A stretch of DNA of 42,973 bases from Kagunavirus LM08P1. This document shows positions 7,791-15,105 of the stretch, one piece after another. The translations under genes were made by a program, and so were the position numbers. The stretch lies in sequence record OZ035812.1; one strand, written 5' to 3'. Position 1 is the first letter of the stretch; the number at the start of each line of letters is the position of its first letter. The notes under the pieces were generated by a model. It was not told the origin of the DNA and made no database searches. It saw nothing but the letters and a program-made list of their open reading frames with translations.

Positions 7791-7806
7791 TACTAAGAGG
7801 TAAATT

Positions 7807-8106
7807 ATGGCCAAGACCGGAAAAGGCTTGCCGCGCAGCCTTCAGAATGTCGATTTCGGCGACTTTGATATCCCTGTCACACCTGCTACTACCAGCGTAG
7901 TTGGTGGGGTTAAAAAGTCAGCTACCGTAGCTGCACCCGCGGCCATTACCGCTGGTGCAGGGGTGCAGTCCGCCGCGGCTCCAACTAAGGAAGAGTTCGA
8001 CGCCCTTGTAGCGGAGTACAACAAACTCCGAACTGATGTTACCGCGCTGCGCACTACCGTAGCAAATCTGTTGACTGCGCTTAAAAACGCAGGAACCGTA
8101 AGCTAA
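7807..8106 (+). CDS. hypothetical head-associated protein
   Basis: 99 aa, Ala-rich, RBS AGAGG; located between capsid and Ig-like decoration-type protein. Confidence 0.5.
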   Translation: MAKTGKGLPRSLQNVDFGDFDIPVTPATTSVVGGVKKSATVAAPAAITAGAGVQSAAAPTKEEFDALVAEYNKLRTDVTALRTTVANLLTALKNAGTVS

Positions 8107-8118
8107 AGGAGCTTAAAA

Positions 8119-8472
8119 ATGGTTGATGTAATCAAACGTCGCATTACCGGTGTTTCTGACGACTCCCCGGCTGATGGTCAGGTAGAAATCGATATGGCAA
8201 ATATTGCCCCTGCATCTTTTTCCACACCACTCGGGGCGACTACCGCTGTTAGTGCGCCCGCCGCATTGACTCTTACCGTTGAGGCAACCGGCGGGATGAC
8301 ACCTTACTCCTACCAGTGGTACAAGAACAACAACGCTATTGCGGGCGCTACTGCAGCCACATACACCAAAGCCACCACTGTCGCGTCTGTCGATTCTGGC
8401 ACGTATAAAGTGGTTGTTCACGATGCCTATGGTAATATTATTTCTAGCAGCACCGTAGCAACTGTGTCTTAA
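8119..8472 (+). CDS. Ig-like domain protein (candidate capsid decoration)
   Basis: 117 aa; segment LTLTVEATGGMTPYSYQWYKNNNAIAG...SGTYKVVVHDAYGN resembles Ig-like/Big-type domain; RBS AAGGAG. Confidence 0.5.
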   Translation: MVDVIKRRITGVSDDSPADGQVEIDMANIAPASFSTPLGATTAVSAPAALTLTVEATGGMTPYSYQWYKNNNAIAGATAATYTKATTVASVDSGTYKVVVHDAYGNIISSSTVATVS

Positions 8473-8508
8473 TACAACGGCCCTTCGGGGCCGTAATAAG
8501 GAAAGGTC

Positions 8509-8688
8509 ATGGCAGATAATTATGTAATCCGCGAAAAGTACACCCACGTTGATGTTGTTGACGGTCAGGTGATGCCCGTTCGCGGTGTTGTAGAACCGGA
8601 TGAGCTTGTGGCAACGCAACCAGATAACGAAGAAGCGCACAACAACGGCGGTGGTACTAAACGTCGTCGCCGTAAGTCAGAGGAATAA
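8509..8688 (+). CDS. small hypothetical protein (59 aa, basic C-terminus)
   Basis: ATG 8509 preceded by AAGGAAAGG; ends KRRRRKSEE; below the 60 aa cutoff of the ORF track, found by manual reading. Confidence 0.4.
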   Translation: MADNYVIREKYTHVDVVDGQVMPVRGVVEPDELVATQPDNEEAHNNGGGTKRRRRKSEE

Positions 8689-8691
8689 TTT

Positions 8692-9204
8692 ATGCCTCTA
8701 ATCGTGGAAACGGGTGAAATCGTCCCTAATGCTGACAGTTACGTTAGTCTGGCTGACGCCCGCGCGTTAGCGGCTAATTATGGCCTGGAGTTGCCCGCGG
8801 ATGATACCGCCGCAGAGGTGGCCTTGCGTAATGGTGCAACGTATGTTGGGTTAGCAGAACCCCAGATGTGCGGTCGTCGTGTATCTGCCGAACAGTCACT
8901 GGCATATCCTCGCACTGGTGTAACGTTGAATGGTTTCCCAGTAGCTAACAATGTCATTCCGAAACAGGTAATTCTTGCGCAGGTAATCTCTGCCGTTACG
9001 TATGGTGAGGGTACTGAGGTGCGGGCCAACTCCGATGGGCGTTTGGTACAGACCGAGCGCGTAGAGGCCACAGTAACCGTCACCTACTTCAACAACGGCA
9101 ACAGCGGTGCCACGACCGCGATTACCGCTGCGGATGACGCCTTACGCCCGTTACTGTGCGGCGGTCTTAACAATGGCTTCTCGTTTAATGTGCGCCGGGG
9201 GTAA
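8692..9204 (+). CDS. head-tail adaptor / connector protein (putative)
   Basis: 170 aa; position after head genes; N-terminal motif SYVSLADARA recalled from head-tail joining proteins; RBS GAGGAA. Confidence 0.45.
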   Translation: MPLIVETGEIVPNADSYVSLADARALAANYGLELPADDTAAEVALRNGATYVGLAEPQMCGRRVSAEQSLAYPRTGVTLNGFPVANNVIPKQVILAQVISAVTYGEGTEVRANSDGRLVQTERVEATVTVTYFNNGNSGATTAITAADDALRPLLCGGLNNGFSFNVRRG

Positions 9205-9206
9205 AA

Positions 9207-9821
9207 ATGGCGAAGACTAAAACAGAGATGTTTACTCTTATCGGTGCAAATCTCCCCGATAATACCACTGGACTTATTACCCCCGCAGCGTTGCGCGAGG
9301 TAATGACACAGATGGCTGACTCGCCTATCTATGCCACTCCGGGGGTTAAAGAGGTTGAAGTTCTCCGTGCCGCGTCGACAGTAGCACAAGCACCATCCGC
9401 AGTGGACACAGCATTGCAAATAACTTTCGGTGCTGCCCAGGGAAGCGCGTCTAACCCGGTAATGATTAATGCTGCAGGGCTGGTTACATTCAACGCCGCG
9501 GGTAACTACGCCGTTCGCATCAAGTTACAGGCGGGGCGTACGGGTGCTAGTGGGACATCAATCCTTTTATCACGCATTCTTCTTAACGGCGCTCAGTACG
9601 GCTCACCCGCGGCCACGAAACTGGTAAGCGCGGATATTACAATCCCGATTGAATCCCGCGTCGTTATTAACCCCACCGCAGGCCAGACGTTTGCCGTTCA
9701 GATTATGCGGGATAGCGCCGGAAGCAACTACGGTGGCGTATACCCGCAAGCGGCTACTGTAACCGCATGGGGTACAGCACCATCCGCATTACTGGTTATC
9801 TCGAGACTGGAGGCAGCGTAA
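9207..9821 (+). CDS. neck/structural protein (putative)
   Basis: 204 aa ORF tightly packed in structural operon. Confidence 0.45.
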   Translation: MAKTKTEMFTLIGANLPDNTTGLITPAALREVMTQMADSPIYATPGVKEVEVLRAASTVAQAPSAVDTALQITFGAAQGSASNPVMINAAGLVTFNAAGNYAVRIKLQAGRTGASGTSILLSRILLNGAQYGSPAATKLVSADITIPIESRVVINPTAGQTFAVQIMRDSAGSNYGGVYPQAATVTAWGTAPSALLVISRLEAA

Positions 9822-10180
9822 TGAGCACCGCTTTCAGTAAACGTATGCAAGGCGTTGGTACACGCCTTCTAACCAAATTCGGTAGCACGGTATCTCTGAT
9901 TCGCGCCGGCTCGAAAGTGTGGGATGAAGTTCTCGGCGAGTACGTCTGGTCCGACGATGAAGTGTTGCCGTTGAAAGCTGTTCCGGTTCCGGTAAACGCG
10001 GGCCTGGTGAACGGTACGACGATTCAGGCTGGCGACATGATTGTTAAAGCCGATTACAGCGTCGTTCCTAAGATGGAAGACAAGGTACAATTCGGCGGCG
10101 AGCAATGGTCGGTTGTGGCTATCGAGAAGAAGATGGTTAACGATGATGTCGTGGCATACTTTATTCAGGTGAGAAAATGA
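9821..10180 (+). CDS. head closure / tail completion protein (putative)
   Basis: ORF frame 9767..10180; likely start ATG 9821 after GGAGG, overlapping previous stop (TAATG). Confidence 0.45.
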   Translation: MSTAFSKRMQGVGTRLLTKFGSTVSLIRAGSKVWDEVLGEYVWSDDEVLPLKAVPVPVNAGLVNGTTIQAGDMIVKADYSVVPKMEDKVQFGGEQWSVVAIEKKMVNDDVVAYFIQVRK

Positions 10181-10572
10181 GTTTCGCGCTTGATGTCTCT
10201 AAGTTCGTGGAAAAAGCGAAGAAGAACCCCGAGAAGGTGATGCGTCAGGTGTCTATCAAGCTGTTTTCCGCTATTATAAAGGCGACGCCAGTTGATACCG
10301 GTCGTGCGAGAAATAATTGGTTTGCGTCTGGCAGTACTCCGTCACAGGAAACTACCACCTACGGTGCACCGCAAGGAACGGCTACCATACAGCGTGTTAC
10401 TGCGGTTATAAACACCGCTACAGACTGGAGTGAGTTCACGCTGACAAATAACCTGCCGTATATACAGCGGCTGGAGTATGGCTGGTCACAACAGGCGCCA
10501 GCTGGGGTTGTCAGGACTAATGTGTCTCGCTTCCAGCAACTCATTAACGAAGAAGCCAACAAGGTGAAATGA
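10177..10572 (+). CDS. neck protein (putative, HK97 gp10-like by position)
   Basis: 131 aa; overlapping start/stop with neighbours; positional inference. Confidence 0.45.
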   Translation: MSFALDVSKFVEKAKKNPEKVMRQVSIKLFSAIIKATPVDTGRARNNWFASGSTPSQETTTYGAPQGTATIQRVTAVINTATDWSEFTLTNNLPYIQRLEYGWSQQAPAGVVRTNVSRFQQLINEEANKVK

Positions 10573-10985
10573 TGGGCTACTTTGAGGACTTAACCAAAGC
10601 GTTCGATGTGCCGCTGGTAGCCTTCGGAACCGCCAACGGCATCAAGGTTGCGCTTGAAAACATCGACGCGCCGACATCAACCGATACGCCGTATCTGGCG
10701 AGTTACATGTTGCTGGCGGATACGGAACAGGCTGATTTGTTCTTCACGGAACAACGCGCCGGTGTTTATCAGGTCGACATTAACTACGCATCGGTGAAAG
10801 GTAGCGCGCCAATCAATAAAATGGCAGACTTACTTAACACGGCGTTTAAAGCAGGTAAGTCATTTTCACGTAACGACATCTGCGCCGAGGTTCAATCGGT
10901 AAGCCTGGGGCCGCTGATTGTAGAAAACGGATGGGCCAAAAGACCATTGTCAATTAACTTTATTGCATTCACCAAGAGGCTGTGA
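10569..10985 (+). CDS. tail terminator / completion protein (putative)
   Basis: 138 aa immediately upstream of major tail protein; positional inference. Confidence 0.45.
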   Translation: MMGYFEDLTKAFDVPLVAFGTANGIKVALENIDAPTSTDTPYLASYMLLADTEQADLFFTEQRAGVYQVDINYASVKGSAPINKMADLLNTAFKAGKSFSRNDICAEVQSVSLGPLIVENGWAKRPLSINFIAFTKRL

Positions 10986-10987
10986 AT

Positions 10988-12154
10988 ATGGCTACAACTC
11001 CTTTTAAGGGCGCGAATACCGCGCAATTCTATGTGGCGGAAGTCACCCCGGGCGTAACACCGACTAACCCGGTATGGTCGCCGTTGCGTAACACAGGTGG
11101 CGTTCCCGCTATCACCCGCGACACGCTGACATCCAACGAACTGGACGGCAGCCGTGAAACTACATCCATCCGCACCGGTAACAAACAGGTTAGCGGTGAA
11201 TACGCGATCGAGCTTAGCTCTAAAAGCCAGGACGACTGGCTGGCGGGCGCTTTAGGTTCCACGTGGCAATCAGGTGTCTCTCTGTCAGGGCTGTCGATTA
11301 CCGTCGCGCCTGCAGGTAAGACATTTACACGCTCCACCGGTAGCTTTATTTCTGACGGCGTTGAAGTAGGCGACCTGATTGCGTTTACCGACTTAACCGG
11401 CGACAACGCAAAACCATTTATCGTCACTGCGGTAGAGGCACTGGTAGTGACCGGTGCGGGCATCCAGCACACTCTCACCACAGAGACCGCTACTACTGCT
11501 GCTAAGACAGGCGACAAACTGGAAACCGGTAGCCAGTGCAAGACGTTCTCTATTCTCACCTGGTACAAAGGCCAGTGCGGCGGGACTGACGCATACACGT
11601 TAACCAAAGGCGTGGAAGTTTCTGGTTTTACCGTTGAGCAGGCCGTTAACGCGATGGTAACGGGCAGCTTCCCGTTCATCGGGCGCAGCCAGGAGATTCT
11701 CACTACGCCACCGTCTGGTTCTGACTTCTCCTCTGTTACGTTTGGTGACGAGCCGTTCTCCTCGGTCGACGTTTCCGTGTTCGATGGCTCTACGCCGTTG
11801 CGTTGCGACAGCCTGACCATCACCAACGATAACAGCGCGTCCGCACAGTTCGAACTCGGCAACTCTAACGTTGCGTTTGTGGAGCGTAGCCGCGCGGCTA
11901 ACACCTTCTCCATCTCAGGCAAGCTGTATGACATGGCTATGATTCAGAAGTTTATCAACGAGCAGCAGGTAGAGATTAACTCTATTCTGGCGGGGGTAAA
12001 CGGAGCTATGTCTTTCAGCCTGAAACGCGCAGAGCTCACGGCGGTTACACCAGAAATATCCGGCCCGGAATCAATTACCCAAAGTATAGAAGGGCAGTCC
12101 ACAGGCAACCAATACCAGTCGTCTATCGTAATTCAACGTATTAGTTACGCATAA
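10988..12154 (+). CDS. major tail protein
   Basis: ORF frame from 10982 (GTG); ATG at 10988 with RBS AAGAGG; about 389 aa, T/S/G-rich; sits between neck genes and chaperone/tape-measure pair. Confidence 0.6.
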   Translation: MATTPFKGANTAQFYVAEVTPGVTPTNPVWSPLRNTGGVPAITRDTLTSNELDGSRETTSIRTGNKQVSGEYAIELSSKSQDDWLAGALGSTWQSGVSLSGLSITVAPAGKTFTRSTGSFISDGVEVGDLIAFTDLTGDNAKPFIVTAVEALVVTGAGIQHTLTTETATTAAKTGDKLETGSQCKTFSILTWYKGQCGGTDAYTLTKGVEVSGFTVEQAVNAMVTGSFPFIGRSQEILTTPPSGSDFSSVTFGDEPFSSVDVSVFDGSTPLRCDSLTITNDNSASAQFELGNSNVAFVERSRAANTFSISGKLYDMAMIQKFINEQQVEINSILAGVNGAMSFSLKRAELTAVTPEISGPESITQSIEGQSTGNQYQSSIVIQRISYA

Positions 12155-12156
12155 AA

Positions 12157-12184
12157 CTAAGGCCCCTTTCGGGGCCTTTTTCTT
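12157..12184. terminator. bidirectional intrinsic terminator
   Basis: AAGGCCCC-TTTC-GGGGCCTT hairpin with A-run upstream and T-run downstream; separates + major tail gene from - island; almost identical to terminator at 24206. Confidence 0.65.
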
Positions 12185-12413
12185 ACTCATCAATATTGCT
12201 TCGGTATTCCCGTAACTTCTCCAGACTTTCAATTGCTTCCGCTAAGTCGGTTCCGGTGTCCTTGTGTCCGCGCAAGCCCATGCACAATAGCTTCTTCAAT
12301 GCGTGCTGTAGCGCCGGGTCGCGTATATCGAAGGCGCGGAGCACATCATAAACGTCTACTGTCATAGTGCTGCCGTGAGTGTTTGTCATTGTGCGGTTGT
12401 ATTTTGAAGTCAT
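12183..12413 (-). CDS. hypothetical protein (island gene 4)
   Basis: 76 aa; start ATG 12413 overlaps stop of upstream gene (ATGA coupling). Confidence 0.5.
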   Translation of the reverse strand: MTSKYNRTMTNTHGSTMTVDVYDVLRAFDIRDPALQHALKKLLCMGLRGHKDTGTDLAEAIESLEKLREYRSNIDE

Positions 12414-12643
12414 AAATGGCTCTCATCTATAAGAACGATAACTGCCGAAATCGAAACGGCACCTACATATAAAAGACGCATCTCGGTCGGCGCTATAGCG
12501 GTAACAGCTTCGTACAGGCCCGAGAACACGGACAAATCCATAGAGATAAATGTTAAGACCGCCGCCATTCCTAGTACCGCGGTGGATAAAACCAGTAAAA
12601 CCACAACAGGCATTATGGCGAAAATCCACAAGGCTTTAATCAT
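12410..12643 (-). CDS. small membrane protein (two predicted TM helices)
   Basis: 77 aa, two long hydrophobic stretches; start ATG 12643 overlaps stop of metallophosphoesterase gene (ATGA). Confidence 0.5.
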   Translation of the reverse strand: MIKALWIFAIMPVVVLLVLSTAVLGMAAVLTFISMDLSVFSGLYEAVTAIAPTEMRLLYVGAVSISAVIVLIDESHL

Positions 12644-13770
12644 CCCAGCATCTCCGGTGAAATAGTTAAACGTGCGACCTCGCCATATTCGGCGCTATAA
12701 GTAATTACATTTGCGCTACGACCCGACATCCAGCCGCCTCTGGAGGCGTAGGCATCTTTAGCCGCCAGGGTGCGGTGTTGCTCAACAATCATGTTACGGC
12801 TTTCTACAATCTTCTGATGGTGCAGGTGGCCTACGTGGGCGTAACTGTAAACACTCTCGCCGAACGCTTTGCGGAACTTGGCAATCATAACCGGTTCGAT
12901 AGCGTCGAAGCGTGCTTTATGCCCGTGATGGAAGAACAGCGTCGTTTTGCCGTGTTGCACCATCTTGTAAACATCCGGCGACGTATCGACGAACACACGA
13001 GGCTCGTTGTCGTATAGCGTACTGAACATCTCAGCCAACCAAATCATTCCGCTTTCGTCATGATTCCCTTGCACGATAAGCAAGCGAACATTTTTATGCT
13101 TAACAAGGGCCATATCGACAACACGGCGCACCATACGAATCATGTAGCGGACGAGTTTCTGATAGCGGGTGTCAGCGTCAAGAACATGACCGCTTGCCGG
13201 TGTAACGGCGTCCAGACTATCGAAGTGCGCAAGGTCCCCCAGCAGACTAATAACTCCTGTTCCTGCGTCCGGCGCTTTCTGAAACGCCGCGTCGAACCAG
13301 CGTGAGAACAGGTCTTCCGCAATCTTCATATCCCAGTCGTCGCCGCTCTCGTCGGCCCAGGCCAGCATACCGAGATGGAAATCAGATACCGTGTAAAGAT
13401 TGAGTAGCTTGTCGTCACGTTTGGCGCGAACGGCTTTAACAGGTGCAACTGGCGTAATCTCTGACTTCATGCCTTCGATCACGGCTTTCATCAATTCAAC
13501 CTGACGTTCAGCGTCAGTGTCAGTCTTAACCCATTGCAGTTTAGTGTTGCCAAACTCATCGACAAGGGATGACGTTCCTTTAATCTTGTAGCCATCTGGC
13601 ACAAGGTGGCTAACGTCGCGCCCGTGGCCTACACCTTTCTTTGCCAGCTTCGCTTTGCGGATGCGAATAACGCGGTCTGAGATGCCATATTTACGAGCTA
13701 TATCGATAGTTTTAACTCCGGCGTTCAATTCTTCCTGTAACTGTTCGTCGGTTATTTTCTTCCGGGCCAT
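12640..13770 (-). CDS. HTH domain fused to calcineurin-like metallophosphoesterase
   Basis: 376 aa; N-terminal HTH-like segment (TIDIARKYGISDRVIRIRKAKL); metallophosphoesterase signature motifs in order: DFH, GDLAHFD, GNHDE, HHGH, GHLHH; RBS GAGGAAG. Confidence 0.75.
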   Translation of the reverse strand: MARKKITDEQLQEELNAGVKTIDIARKYGISDRVIRIRKAKLAKKGVGHGRDVSHLVPDGYKIKGTSSLVDEFGNTKLQWVKTDTDAERQVELMKAVIEGMKSEITPVAPVKAVRAKRDDKLLNLYTVSDFHLGMLAWADESGDDWDMKIAEDLFSRWFDAAFQKAPDAGTGVISLLGDLAHFDSLDAVTPASGHVLDADTRYQKLVRYMIRMVRRVVDMALVKHKNVRLLIVQGNHDESGMIWLAEMFSTLYDNEPRVFVDTSPDVYKMVQHGKTTLFFHHGHKARFDAIEPVMIAKFRKAFGESVYSYAHVGHLHHQKIVESRNMIVEQHRTLAAKDAYASRGGWMSGRSANVITYSAEYGEVARLTISPEMLG

Positions 13771-13835
13771 GCTTACTTCCTCGTGTTTAGGATTTGTCCT
13801 ATTTAACCACAGTGGATTCCTTTAAATAAAGGCAA

Positions 13836-14162
13836 CTATTTACTTTCTGCGCCTATCGCCCACCCTGTCATTACCATTTGCAGACGGGTGGCTGTCAGCA
13901 GGCTATAGAAAGCATCTCCGTTTTTCTCTACAGAACGTATTACCGTGTATGTTACGGCTTGCGGAGGCAGGCCCGATTTACCAACCTCTACGGCTGCCTC
14001 ACACTCGCGAACGGTAGAGTCCTTAAATGCCTTTACAATAGTAGGGTCGGCTCTATCAAGCACACCAGAAGTCATAAGAACGGATTCACTAAACACCTGT
14101 TCACACGGAGACCCAAAAGTAGCAAAAGACATAAAACCAAGAGCTAACACTAATTTACGCAT
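13836..14162 (-). CDS. secreted/periplasmic hypothetical protein
   Basis: 108 aa with N-terminal signal-peptide-like segment MRKLVLALGFMSFATFG; RBS GAGGAAA; first gene downstream of promoter 14187..14220. Confidence 0.5.
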   Translation of the reverse strand: MRKLVLALGFMSFATFGSPCEQVFSESVLMTSGVLDRADPTIVKAFKDSTVRECEAAVEVGKSGLPPQAVTYTVIRSVEKNGDAFYSLLTATRLQMVMTGWAIGAESK

Positions 14163-14186
14163 AATTATTTCCTCAGTAAGTTACAG

Positions 14187-14220
14187 GTGAATAGTACCCT
14201 ATTATATTGGGGTGTGCAAG
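14187..14220 (-). promoter_or_regulatory. sigma70-like promoter with palindromic operator-like core (family 1), minus-directed
   Basis: Minus strand reads TTGCAC-N17-TACTAT with TATAATAGGG in spacer; 31 of 33 positions identical to plus-strand element at 36341..36373. Confidence 0.55.
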
Positions 14221-14326
14221 TAGTGTGCTAGAATAAGTTTGCGCCTAGTGTCGCACACGAAAAGCGGGTGGTTCCCGTCTGGCGCGTCAACCTTAACCTG
14301 TAACCTCTTAACCAAAGGACTAAAGA

Positions 14327-14743
14327 ATGAAACTTTCTGATTTCTATTTTGCCGACCGCCACGCCGCCGGTACTAAAATGCCTATCCTTCTGCCCAGTGG
14401 TAAAGATTCCGGTGAATGGTTGCAGGTCATCGGCCCCGATTGTGACGCTGGTGTTCGTGCGGGCCGTGCCTACACAACGGCAATTCGACGCCTTACGGAA
14501 GAACTTGCGCCATTAGATAAAGAGTGCGAGGCGCTGAATAACTGGGCGCGCTATAATGATGAGAAGGGCTGGCGGGTGATGGACCTGAACAAGCAGCTTG
14601 CCGTGGAAATCGTCACCGGTTGGTCATTCGACGAACCATTCAGCAAAGAGGCGCTTGCTAACCTGTTCGACCAGTACAGTGGGTTGGCAGAGGCCGTAGT
14701 TAAGCATCACACCGATAGCCGTGAGAAACTCTCGGAAAAGTAA
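14327..14743 (+). CDS. tail assembly chaperone (G-like)
   Basis: 138 aa ORF immediately upstream of tape measure gene; overlapping downstream ORF in -1 frame. Confidence 0.6.
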   Translation: MKLSDFYFADRHAAGTKMPILLPSGKDSGEWLQVIGPDCDAGVRAGRAYTTAIRRLTEELAPLDKECEALNNWARYNDEKGWRVMDLNKQLAVEIVTGWSFDEPFSKEALANLFDQYSGLAEAVVKHHTDSREKLSEK

Positions 14744-15105
14744 AAGCGCTGTATGAATTTGCGCAATGGTGCTTTGTCGACCGCCACAAACGTAAGCAAT
14801 TCGACGACATCGCGGCGGGCCACCAGGCGGCTTTGATTGCAATGGGCGTGATTAAAGAACCGCAGATGAAAGAAGCGACGGGGCCGGAATGCCCCGTTTC
14901 TCTTATCGACGTGTTCGAGAAATACCGTGCCATTAAATTCCTACAGCGCGAAACAGATGATACTATCGTTATAATCCCGCGCGATGCGCTCAAATGGCAA
15001 GATTTGGTAGCGTTTCGTGATGTCGCCGGTTACGGCATAAGTTTGTTCGAAGCCGAGGTTATCATGGGCTTAGACGGAATATTTGAGGGCAGAGAAGATG
15101 GCTGA
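14725..15105 (+). CDS. tail assembly chaperone frameshift extension (T-like segment, -1 frame)
   Basis: Open frame from 14725 to stop at 15103..15105 in the -1 frame relative to 14327..14743; overlap contains GGAAAAG (14734..14740), resembling known slippery heptamers; ends overlapping tape measure start. Confidence 0.4.
   Translation, partial: ETLGKVKALYEFAQWCFVDRHKRKQFDDIAAGHQAALIAMGVIKEPQMKEATGPECPVSLIDVFEKYRAIKFLQRETDDTIVIIPRDALKWQDLVAFRDVAGYGISLFEAEVIMGLDGIFEGREDG
14734..14740 (+). other. candidate -1 programmed ribosomal frameshift slippery site (G GAA AAG)
   Basis: Located in last codons of chaperone ORF where the -1 frame is open; not a canonical X XXY YYZ heptamer, so tentative. 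Confidence 0.3.
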
